Of a stretch of 64,000 nt of DNA, positions 27,835-36,384 are shown piece after piece. A program made the translations under genes and the position numbers. The stretch is from IMG/VR virus record IMGVR_UViG_3300047498_000060, positions 119,296-183,295 of that record. One strand, written 5' to 3'. Origin of the DNA: a virus. The notes under the pieces were generated by a model. It made no database searches and had not been told where the DNA came from. It saw nothing but the letters and a program-made list of their open reading frames with translations. The stretch's first letter is position 1, and every line of letters begins with the position of its first letter.

Positions 27835-29057
27835 ACCTCAAGCTCCTCATGTACATCTGCCTCCTCACCCCCGCAAAGCCCGTCGACAAAGAGTGGCGTT
27901 GGGGCGTTCCTTACCTCCTGATGGGAGCGCCTTCGACCGCGAAGACGAGCAGCATCATCCAGGTCTGTGAGCGCATGCAGGCTCCTAGCGAGACGCTGTA
28001 CCTAAGTACCCACATGCCGGAAGACCTCTCCGGCATCCCGGTGGTGTTGAACGGGAAGGGTCAGCGCGTGAACTTCATGTCCGAGGTCGAAGCACTGGCG
28101 GCAAAGGGCTGCGGTGTGCTGGTCTTGGACGAGCTCACCACAGCGCGAGAGACCACCCAGAACGCCGCGATGGGGCTCGTTCTCGAACGCGTACTGGCTG
28201 GGACGAAGCTACCCAACGGCTTGCGCATCGCCGCCGCAGCGAACCCGCCCGAGCAAGCCGCTGCAGCACGTGACCTGTCCCTCCCGGCCGCAAACCGCTT
28301 CCTGCACTTCGACGTGACCGAGGAGAACAGGCTGGGCTTCGACGAGACCCTCGAGCGCAGCTGCGCGCTGGCTCGCGGCGAAGCACCAGCGGCCTACACC
28401 GAAGAAAACGAGCTCGGCACGCTCAAGGACGGGGAGAAGATGGTCCTGAGTCGTTGGGGCGTGGCGCTGCCGCGCACCTGGCGCCTCGTGAAGCGCTTCC
28501 TCGACAGTGCGCCTGACCGGCTGACGGTCATTCCGCCTGTTGGGAATCCGTCGCGCGGACGCGCTTGGGCTTCCAAGCGGAGCTGGGAGATGGGAACCAT
28601 GGCGATGGCTGCTGCCGAGGCACTTGCCCACCCCGAATGCAACGCAGACCTCCTCACCGCCGCCATTGGGGAAGACATCGCAGGCGAGTACATCGAGTTC
28701 GTCACGAAGCTCAACCTACCCCATCCGACGGACGTCATCAGTGGTAAGTGGAGCCCCGACAAGACGCGCCTCGACACCGCTGCGACTGCCTTCGAGTCCG
28801 CGACGCTGTTCATCCTCGGCACGACAGACAAGGCGGTGCAGGCGCAGTACGTCAGTCAGTACTGGGGCGTACTCCACAAGGCTGCCGTCAAGCACAACTT
28901 CCTAGACGTCGTGCGCGGCAGCATCGAGTCGATGGTGCAACGCGGCTTCGCCTCACAGAGCATCAACCCGGACTTCCACAAGGCAGCCAACCCGCTGCTC
29001 ACCGCTCTGGGCGAGAAGTTCCACGAGCACCTGAACTTCCCGACGGCCGCACCGTGA
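27831..29057 (+). CDS. MoxR-type AAA+ ATPase
   Basis: GAPSTAKT Walker A variant, VLVLDELT Walker B, AAANP, ANRFLH. Start ATG 27831 by ATGA overlap. Confidence 0.88.
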   Translation: MNLKLLMYICLLTPAKPVDKEWRWGVPYLLMGAPSTAKTSSIIQVCERMQAPSETLYLSTHMPEDLSGIPVVLNGKGQRVNFMSEVEALAAKGCGVLVLDELTTARETTQNAAMGLVLERVLAGTKLPNGLRIAAAANPPEQAAAARDLSLPAANRFLHFDVTEENRLGFDETLERSCALARGEAPAAYTEENELGTLKDGEKMVLSRWGVALPRTWRLVKRFLDSAPDRLTVIPPVGNPSRGRAWASKRSWEMGTMAMAAAEALAHPECNADLLTAAIGEDIAGEYIEFVTKLNLPHPTDVISGKWSPDKTRLDTAATAFESATLFILGTTDKAVQAQYVSQYWGVLHKAAVKHNFLDVVRGSIESMVQRGFASQSINPDFHKAANPLLTALGEKFHEHLNFPTAAP

Positions 29058-30352
29058 TAGACACGAACGAAGCCGAGGCAAAGATTTCCCTCGCTCGTAC
29101 CATCGTCCGCTCCAAGGGTCCCTACTACTCAAAGGCGATGGCCAGCCTGGTGTTCATACCCGTCCAGGGCATCCAGACCATGTGCGTGACCACGAACCTG
29201 ATCCTTGGCTACGACCCGGAGTGGGCGCTCATGGCGCCCGCTACGGTACTCGCTGCAGACGTTGTTCACGAGATCAACCACTTCATCCGACGGCATCTCC
29301 ACCGCATTCCTGGTGGAGATCCTCACTTGAAGAACATCGCTGGCGACTTGTCCATCAACCCTGACCTCCTCATCGGAGGCTGGGACCTGGCGGACAAGAC
29401 CTCGCCACGACCCGTCATCTTACCGAAGGACTACAACTTCCCTGACGGCCTCTCCATGGAGGAATACTACGCGCTCCTGATGAAGGAGCAGGAGAAGAAG
29501 AACAGCAAGCTGCAGGAGCTCCTCGATGCGCTGCGTGACGGTGGTGACGGCAAGGGTGGTGGCGTCGGCAGCGGTGCCTGTGGAGGTATCGCCCAGGGCG
29601 CGGCATCTTCCGCTGTCGAGAAGGCACTCGAGGCCATCCCAGGAGTCGGCCGCTCCAAGGCCGAGGTCAAGAACGTCGAGGTCATCGCCGCGAAGCAGAT
29701 CAAAGACTACGTCGCGCAGAAGGGACGTGGGTCCGTCCCCGAGAAGCTCATTCGCGATGCTGAGCTCTCGAAGGAGATCTCGAGGATCCGCTGGCAGGAC
29801 ATCCTGTCGCGCGTCATCCGCACCGCCACCGGCCAGGTCATGCTGGGCGGTGAGGTCGAGCCCTCGTACATCCGCCTCTCGCGGCGTATGCAACCGGAGA
29901 CGGGTATCATCCGTCCCAGCTACATCACGCAGATGCCGGAGATTGCCATCGTCCGAGACACCTCGGGCTCGATGGGACCGAAGCAGCTACAGGACTGCGT
30001 GCGTGAGTCGTACGCCATCGTGAAGAGTCTCGGCATCGATGAGGTCTGGTTCACGGACGCGGATGCTGCTGTGTCGATGCCCTGGCAGCGCGTAAAGAAG
30101 GAATTCTTCGACAAACTGAGCACGTCATGCGGCGGAGGTGGGACGCACTTCGCCCCCGCCATCAAGGACGCGCTCAAGCTCCATCCGAAGCCCGACCTCC
30201 TCATCTACTGCACCGATGGTGATGGTAGTGCTGGCGATCCGCCGCGGGGAATGGGCGTTGTGTTCGCGGTCGTCCCGTCCTACCACAACAAGGCCCCGTG
30301 CGAATGGGCCACCACCGTCTTCATCGAAAATCCGGAGAAGAGCACGTCGTAG
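29054..30352 (+). CDS. Metallopeptidase-VWA protein (DUF2201-like)
   Basis: HEINH zincin motif, NIAGDLSIN, MIDAS DTSGSM, GGGGT, TDGDG. Start GTG 29054. Confidence 0.88.
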   Translation: MIDTNEAEAKISLARTIVRSKGPYYSKAMASLVFIPVQGIQTMCVTTNLILGYDPEWALMAPATVLAADVVHEINHFIRRHLHRIPGGDPHLKNIAGDLSINPDLLIGGWDLADKTSPRPVILPKDYNFPDGLSMEEYYALLMKEQEKKNSKLQELLDALRDGGDGKGGGVGSGACGGIAQGAASSAVEKALEAIPGVGRSKAEVKNVEVIAAKQIKDYVAQKGRGSVPEKLIRDAELSKEISRIRWQDILSRVIRTATGQVMLGGEVEPSYIRLSRRMQPETGIIRPSYITQMPEIAIVRDTSGSMGPKQLQDCVRESYAIVKSLGIDEVWFTDADAAVSMPWQRVKKEFFDKLSTSCGGGGTHFAPAIKDALKLHPKPDLLIYCTDGDGSAGDPPRGMGVVFAVVPSYHNKAPCEWATTVFIENPEKSTS

Positions 30353-30356
30353 TGAG

Positions 30357-30380
30357 GAAGGGCCTCGTGCCCTTCTTCTT
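30357..30380. terminator. Intrinsic terminator between convergent genes
   Basis: GAAGGGC-CTCGT-GCCCTTC followed by TTCTT. Confidence 0.7.
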
Positions 30381-32421
30381 AGGTACCGCCTGCTCGACGA
30401 GGGGGACGCTGCTGCGGCATCGGGCGCGTGTCGACGCCGGCCACCTGCGACCCGGTGTTCCCTGAATCGTCTCCGCCCTCGCCTCCCATCTGGGCCAGGT
30501 ACTGACGCACCAAGTCCGCGAGCTCGGGACTCTGGAAGCTGAGGTTGGTGATGGCCTGCGTCTGCTGCTGCTTCGGCAGAGTCGCGATGGTGCGCGCCTG
30601 CATCATCGCAAGAGAAGGCAGGTCGATGTTCTGCTTCGCCTGTCCACCGCCCGCGCCCTGCATCCTCTGCCCGCCTGAGAGTTGGCTGCCGATCTGCTGC
30701 AGGAAGTCTGCTGGGGATGCTCCGTTCGCGGGCTGCTGTGGAACCTGCTCTCCTGGCTGGGGTGCCTGCCCTTGCTCAGGAGGGGGAGGCGCCATGCCTG
30801 TCGCTTGCGGGCCTTCGGCACCACCAGGTTCCCCCGGTGCCTGTGGGGCCCCCATCGCGGTCTGGGTCTCCTGCTGCGCACGCGTCTGGTACTTCACCAT
30901 GACGAGTTGGGACTCGCCCTGGATGGTCGCCATCGCGAGCTGCTGCTTCTTCGTGGCCTCGAGACGTGTGTCGGTCTCGCGGATCATGATCTGATTCTCG
31001 TCTTCTTGGGACATATCGCTGTCCGCAAGAAGAGTCGTATCGCTGATCTTGCCGGCCGAGTTGAGCTGGAAGTTGAACGCCTTGCGCTGCAGGTCATCCG
31101 CCATCTTGAACGGCTTGAAGCGGATGTTCGCGAGGGGCCAGCCGAGGAACGAGGAGACCTGCCGCATGATGAAGCGCGCGAGGTCACGCTGACGCTGGAG
31201 GTAGCCAATGAACATGTTCTCGAGCATGCGCATCGAGACGTTCGTGCCAGCGTAACTCATGCCACCCTTGATGAACTCGAGGGGAACACCCATGCCGTTG
31301 AGGATCTGCTCCGACCAGGTCGTGATCTCCTGCGTGAGAAGGAGCGCGCGGCCGTCACCGCCGATGGTCTGGTTGCCAATGGGCAACGGGAGGATGGGGA
31401 TGTAGTTGCTGTCCGTCCTCCACCGCGCGATCTCTTGAGCGATCTGGTCGCGCCAGTCGATGAGATTGATGGTGGTGTAGGGGTCTGAGCTCCCCGAGCC
31501 TGCCTGCGGGAAGATGACGCGGAGCGGGACGATGTGCTCGACGAGGATGGCCTCCTGCGCCTTCTTCATGATCTGCAGGTAGAAGGTGTCCTTCAGGACC
31601 GGCAGGAGAAGCGGGACACCCACGCCGCGGTCCTGCCCTGCCAGGGTCGGACGGCGCATGTGGAAGAAGTTGTCCTTCGAGAAGATGACCCCCTTCTGCT
31701 CACGCATCGCCTGGATGAAGACTTGCGGGATGCCGTCGACGACGTCCTTGCGCCCAATGACGATGTCGTTCCGGATGATCGCGGGGATGTCGTAGAAGTA
31801 CGTGTAGTCCCCGGTCATGTCGTTGTAGCGAACTTCGACGTCCTCCGGGTTCCAGCGGATCGTCTTGATGCCGCTCGCGTTCTTGTAATAAACGTCCTTC
31901 GGCGTGGCATCACCGACGCGACCACAGCGTGGACAGGTGAGCCGGAAGTTGAAGTTCGTGAAGATCCAGTTCGTCCGGATCTTCGACGCCTCATCGCGGA
32001 AGTTGCACGCGTTGCAGAAGAGGAACTTCTTGAACGGGAACCCGAGCGAGACGTAGCCGTTGCCGTACGCATGGAAGTCGAGACCAGACTCGACCTGGAA
32101 CGAGCGGTAGCGGAGGTGATCTTGGAAGTACTCCGTCCAGCGCTTCTTCACCTCCGGATCTTCGTGGTCGATGATGATGTCGGTGACGGGGTACTCGCTC
32201 AGCTTGAACACCGTCGCATTGATGAGCGGGTTCGTGAGGAAGTAGTAACGGCACCACTTGAAGAGCTGCTTGACCGTGACCGGCAGGTACGTGTGCGCGA
32301 TGTCGAAGAACGGCGAAGGGTAGTTGACCCCTTGGATGTTCGAGCCGTTGATGCGCCCGCGTGTTGTGGCAAAGCGAAGCCCGCTTGCCGGGCCCGTCGC
32401 CATTCCTCCCATGAAGCTCAT
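30379..32421 (-). CDS. Portal protein with zinc-ribbon insert and Q/P-rich tail
   Basis: YFLTNPLINATVFKLSEYP, DFHAYGNGY, FHMRRP..G.G.PLLLP, ILNGMGVPLEFI.GG.SYAG. Insert CNAC...CPRC. Confidence 0.8.
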   Translation of the reverse strand: MSFMGGMATGPASGLRFATTRGRINGSNIQGVNYPSPFFDIAHTYLPVTVKQLFKWCRYYFLTNPLINATVFKLSEYPVTDIIIDHEDPEVKKRWTEYFQDHLRYRSFQVESGLDFHAYGNGYVSLGFPFKKFLFCNACNFRDEASKIRTNWIFTNFNFRLTCPRCGRVGDATPKDVYYKNASGIKTIRWNPEDVEVRYNDMTGDYTYFYDIPAIIRNDIVIGRKDVVDGIPQVFIQAMREQKGVIFSKDNFFHMRRPTLAGQDRGVGVPLLLPVLKDTFYLQIMKKAQEAILVEHIVPLRVIFPQAGSGSSDPYTTINLIDWRDQIAQEIARWRTDSNYIPILPLPIGNQTIGGDGRALLLTQEITTWSEQILNGMGVPLEFIKGGMSYAGTNVSMRMLENMFIGYLQRQRDLARFIMRQVSSFLGWPLANIRFKPFKMADDLQRKAFNFQLNSAGKISDTTLLADSDMSQEDENQIMIRETDTRLEATKKQQLAMATIQGESQLVMVKYQTRAQQETQTAMGAPQAPGEPGGAEGPQATGMAPPPPEQGQAPQPGEQVPQQPANGASPADFLQQIGSQLSGGQRMQGAGGGQAKQNIDLPSLAMMQARTIATLPKQQQTQAITNLSFQSPELADLVRQYLAQMGGEGGDDSGNTGSQVAGVDTRPMPQQRPPRRAGGT

Positions 32422-33350
32422 GTAGACTCCGGCGCCTGTCCGGCAGCAGCGGGACTCATGACGCGTTCAGTGGCGGTTTGCTGTGCCTCAGTCGGCTCCA
32501 TCGTGGGGGTCGGAGCATTGTGAAGACGGCGCCCACGGAGACGATCCACTCCACGACCTGCCCACGCGCCGACCTGAGAAGACCCTGCGCTGAGTGCGAC
32601 CCGTCCGCCCATCGGCACCATGCCACCAGCGATGTCACCAACAGCACCTCCAAGAGCACGTCCTACGGATTCCCCTCGGCCCTGCCCCTCTTCGGTAGGA
32701 GCCAACGCACCTGCTGCTAGAGGGAGGCCGACAGTCGCTGCCGTCAGCAAGGGCTGATTACGGATCTGTTCCTCGGCACTTGTACGCAGCGTCTTACCTA
32801 CTCCGTTGTTCTTCATCGACTTGAGATAGCCAGGGATGCTGGTCAGGCCCATGTCCTCCGCCTTCTCAGAGGCCTTCAGCGCTTTCTCCAGCCGTGGGAC
32901 ACTCTTGCTGCCTTCGGCCTTTGCCGCATCGAGCGCTTGACGAGCGTCATGTGCGCCTCCGCGCACTCCCTTGACCTCTGCAGGGGAAAGCACTCCGGTG
33001 AGGCCGTGAACTTGTCGTTGGCCGAAACGCGACGCCGCACCCAGCGCGCCCGGAGTCTGCGTAAGGTGGCTGAGATCCTTCTTGACCAGGCCGCCAGCTG
33101 CTCCGCCAACAAGGCCGCCAGCCATCCCGCCCACCGTCGCACCGTGAACAGCGCCTCCGAGAGCTCCTGAAACACCACTCTGTCCGTTCTCCTCTGCATG
33201 CTGGTAACCATGGATGCCGCCGAGGATTGCTCCACCGCCGGCGCCAAGCAGGGCACCACGCCCACCAAGCGAGCCGACGTTCTTCAACGTGAAGCTAGCC
33301 TCCTTGCGGAGTTCGTCGCGGAACGCGAGCAACACGGCCTCATCGAGCAT
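32418..33350 (-). CDS. Glycine-zipper virion protein
   Basis: GxxxG arrays (GALLGAGGGAILGG; GGAVHGATVGGMAGGLVGG) after an N-terminal AFRDELRKEAS. Confidence 0.65.
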   Translation of the reverse strand: MLDEAVLLAFRDELRKEASFTLKNVGSLGGRGALLGAGGGAILGGIHGYQHAEENGQSGVSGALGGAVHGATVGGMAGGLVGGAAGGLVKKDLSHLTQTPGALGAASRFGQRQVHGLTGVLSPAEVKGVRGGAHDARQALDAAKAEGSKSVPRLEKALKASEKAEDMGLTSIPGYLKSMKNNGVGKTLRTSAEEQIRNQPLLTAATVGLPLAAGALAPTEEGQGRGESVGRALGGAVGDIAGGMVPMGGRVALSAGSSQVGAWAGRGVDRLRGRRLHNAPTPTMEPTEAQQTATERVMSPAAAGQAPEST

Positions 33351-34134
33351 GGAACAGCCCCAGCTGGTTCATGAGTTGCTCGCGGTTCTCGTTGAGGTGA
33401 TGCTGCGCCACAAGGAGGCGGTTCAGCTGCACAGCAACAGGTGTTGTAGCAGGAAGAGGTTTGCCTACGCGCAGGACCTCATCGCAACGATCACGGACGG
33501 CCTTGATGTCGAGACCCTCCGGAACATCGGGGGTGACAAAGTTCACTGGCGGCAGCGTCTGGTAGAGACCGTCATGCTCGTAGACGGTCTTGACGTACGC
33601 CTTGAGCTCTTCCGACCAGGCGGGCACGGCCTCCGTGCGCGCATGAGCGGCTGTCGAACAGGCGATGAGCACCTGCCCCACCGTCGGTACCTGCATCATG
33701 ACGAAGTCTGGGAACTCACCGTTGAACGGCATGCAGCACGCAAGAAAGACTTCCCAGCGTTCCCAGAAGGCGTCGGAGAGAAGAAGCGTACGCACCGCCT
33801 GGACCTTCGACAGATTCAATGCGCTTAGCCCAACGCCCAGGAACTCTTCGGTGATGCGTGGGGCGAATGTCTCGGCTTCCCACTCGAGCCAGTCGTCACC
33901 GAAGGCGCCGCGAAGAAGAGCCTGGAGTACCACAGGATGCGCCTCAGGGTGTCCCCAGATGTTCTGCTTCGTCACTGCGGCGAGCGGCAACGGGACGGTC
34001 GTCGTGGTCGCCGCAGAGACAGGCGGAGTCGACTCGAGATGCTCGGTGACGGCGTCCTCCAGCGGGAGGTGGGGGGCGCCGACATCCTTGAGGATCTCGA
34101 GGAAGGTCTCCTCGGAGATGGGCAGAGGGGCCAT
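33340..34134 (-). CDS. Hypothetical protein
   Basis: 264 aa, GAGGG RBS, coupled within the portal operon. Confidence 0.65.
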   Translation of the reverse strand: MAPLPISEETFLEILKDVGAPHLPLEDAVTEHLESTPPVSAATTTTVPLPLAAVTKQNIWGHPEAHPVVLQALLRGAFGDDWLEWEAETFAPRITEEFLGVGLSALNLSKVQAVRTLLLSDAFWERWEVFLACCMPFNGEFPDFVMMQVPTVGQVLIACSTAAHARTEAVPAWSEELKAYVKTVYEHDGLYQTLPPVNFVTPDVPEGLDIKAVRDRCDEVLRVGKPLPATTPVAVQLNRLLVAQHHLNENREQLMNQLGLFHAR

Positions 34135-34145
34135 CGCGCCCCTCT

Positions 34146-35588
34146 CTAGTACGCCGGCTCTGCGCCTGGTGCGGTGCCCTGCGCCATGTGAATGACCATC
34201 TTCTTCTGGTCGCGGGGCAGGCTCTCATAGACGCCGATGGGGTCCTTGCGGAACTCCTCCTGGAAGTCCTCTCCGAAGGTGTCACGCACAGTGTGCGTGC
34301 CGACGTGCGCGAGACGCCTCAAGTCCGCGTAGGTGATCATGTCGTTGCCGACGATGTCCGACCACGCCGCCTTGCTTGCGGTCTTCTCGCCGAAGATGGA
34401 GAAGTACGGGTCGGGGATCGTCCTGTCATAGGAGCGGTTCAGCCCGGTGTCCTTGTCGAACTCCGAGAGCAACGCGCAGGCCTCGATGGGGTGAAGAGCC
34501 AGCGACGCAAGCTTCGCACCACCCTGAGTGAGGATGACGTCTTCGACGGCGTCGAGAACGCGGAGCACATCAGGGTACGCCTGGAGCTCCAGTCGACGTG
34601 CGTCGAAGGCGATCTTGATCTCGAACTCTGGAGCGAGACCCTCGGCACCATACTTGCGCGCAATGTCGGGAACGTCGATGGCCATCGCCGATGCCTGCTT
34701 CACCAGATTCACGGCATACTCGCGGCGCTCCTCAGGAGCGAAGAGCTTGTAGTGCTCGCCGAAGTAAGCCCCAGCTGCCTTCACCTGCGCGTAACTGTCG
34801 ATAGGGTAGCGGGACGCGCTCGGCAGAGCGTAGAGGCTCGCCTTCTTCTCCGTCACGTATGTCGGGGGCTTCGCGTTGGTGACATCCACCGTCGGGCGCA
34901 GATGCTTCGTCTGCGGTAGCGACTTCAGCCCTTCGCCGGCGATGGCGCTGTTCTCCTGCAGCATCTCCTCGTGGTCGCTCTTCGAGGCCGAGACCAGGTG
35001 ACCGACGCGCGCGGTCTTGTTGATGGTCGTCTTCGATGGGGTCGGCGAGAGCTTGCCCGGTTCCTCCATCGGGGCCGTCATTGTGCCATTGACCTCGCCC
35101 GCCTTGATGAGCGCCGGGTTGAGAAGCTGCCCGCCCGCCTGACCCGCAGCTGCCATGTTGTTCTTCACGGCCTTGCCTGCACCGAGCAGCGTGCTGCCTG
35201 TCGATAGAGCGCCCATCGCGGAGCCGAGGAGGCCCGCCTTCTTCACGAGCTCCTCCGGGACCGCGAGGTCGTACCAGCCCGAGGCGGTGATGAGGTTCTC
35301 GGCGGCCGTCTTCTGCGCTTCGACGGGGAGCTTGTGCGCGTTCTTGAGGAAGTACGCGACGGAGAGCTCGGTGTTGCCCGGATCCACGCAGGCATACTTC
35401 CGCAGCTTTTCTCCGTTGTTCACCATGACGAGCGCGAAGACGTCGTCCGGCAACTGATCGCGCGTGCCGTTGAAGTTCGACGCGGTCTTCACGCCCTCTG
35501 GCAGCGTGTCCAGCGTGGGGTAGAGAGAACGCAGAGTCTCCCCGTTGAAGTCGTCGTAGACGTCGAGAACAAGACCGGAGGTCTGCAT
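34146..35588 (-). CDS. Head-associated protein with two DUF6582-like repeats
   Basis: LPDDVFAL...RKYACVD...SVAYF and LYALP...RYPIDSYAQVKAAGAYF, plus many KxAS motifs. Confidence 0.6.
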   Translation of the reverse strand: MQTSGLVLDVYDDFNGETLRSLYPTLDTLPEGVKTASNFNGTRDQLPDDVFALVMVNNGEKLRKYACVDPGNTELSVAYFLKNAHKLPVEAQKTAAENLITASGWYDLAVPEELVKKAGLLGSAMGALSTGSTLLGAGKAVKNNMAAAGQAGGQLLNPALIKAGEVNGTMTAPMEEPGKLSPTPSKTTINKTARVGHLVSASKSDHEEMLQENSAIAGEGLKSLPQTKHLRPTVDVTNAKPPTYVTEKKASLYALPSASRYPIDSYAQVKAAGAYFGEHYKLFAPEERREYAVNLVKQASAMAIDVPDIARKYGAEGLAPEFEIKIAFDARRLELQAYPDVLRVLDAVEDVILTQGGAKLASLALHPIEACALLSEFDKDTGLNRSYDRTIPDPYFSIFGEKTASKAAWSDIVGNDMITYADLRRLAHVGTHTVRDTFGEDFQEEFRKDPIGVYESLPRDQKKMVIHMAQGTAPGAEPAY

Positions 35589-35594
35589 GCCCTC

Positions 35595-35600
35595 ATCCTA
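35595..35600 (-). promoter_or_regulatory. -10 box TAGGAT, 6 nt before ATG (leaderless-type)
   Basis: gtg-TAGGAT-gagggc-ATG at a divergent junction. Confidence 0.55.
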
Positions 35601-35653
35601 CACGCCACGCTGCGCAAAGGGTACTGCATCTTCGGCAAGTTAGGCGCAGGCAA

Positions 35654-35664
35654 GGAGATAAGAA
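35654..35664 (+). promoter_or_regulatory. Candidate phage-RNAP promoter motif GGAGATAAGAA
   Basis: Intergenic, at the head of the replication block. Similar motifs at 40690, 14244 and 26433. Confidence 0.45.
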
Positions 35665-35694
35665 ACCTGCCACGTCACTATGCCAGGAGGCTGC

Positions 35695-36384
35695 ATGAAC
35701 ATGTCTGTTGCACCGACACCGGGCGTCTCATCAGGAGCGCCCAGTTGTTTCGGGAATGAGTGGGACAGTCGAGAACCCGCATGTACTGGAGGAGCCGACC
35801 CGAACTTCCGGGACGAAGAAGGCAGGCACGTCCGCCCACGCTGCGGATGGTTCGCAACATGCGGGGCCGTGACTCAATCCTCGCAAAGACTCATCGCACC
35901 ACAGACCTTGATCCGCCCACACACGCCAGCGCCCGCACCGACGTTCACGCCAACACCGCAGGTGTCCCCCCCGGGCATGCCCCCGCGCCCAGCGTGGACA
36001 CCGCCCGTCTCTCACCCACCCACTACGCCGCAGTCTGTGCTGCCGGAGTGGCAGCGCATCGAGCAGCAACGGCAGGAAGGGCTACGTCGCGCACAGGCCG
36101 CACCGTCGTTCGCTAGCAGCGTTCGGTATGATGCACCCGCACCGTACCAGCACTCGCCGCAGCAACCTACGCAGATGCAGGGGCCCATCCACTACCCGGC
36201 GCAAACCTGGCAAGTCGGTTACGGAATGCCTGCCTATCTTACGCAGGAAGAGATGAGGCAGCCTGGAGAGTCCTGGTGGTCTGTGTTCGTCCGTGAGATC
36301 TTTCGCGGCGCACTGAAGGCGTTGTTTCACTCGGGCGCGCGTTACATAGACGTCAACCCGTTCAAGGGCCCACCCAGGAGCTAG
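35695..36384 (+). CDS. Protein with N-terminal Cys4 domain and P/Q-rich linker
   Basis: AGGAGG RBS, ATG 35695. CFG...C...C...C. Confidence 0.65.
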   Translation: MNMSVAPTPGVSSGAPSCFGNEWDSREPACTGGADPNFRDEEGRHVRPRCGWFATCGAVTQSSQRLIAPQTLIRPHTPAPAPTFTPTPQVSPPGMPPRPAWTPPVSHPPTTPQSVLPEWQRIEQQRQEGLRRAQAAPSFASSVRYDAPAPYQHSPQQPTQMQGPIHYPAQTWQVGYGMPAYLTQEEMRQPGESWWSVFVREIFRGALKALFHSGARYIDVNPFKGPPRS

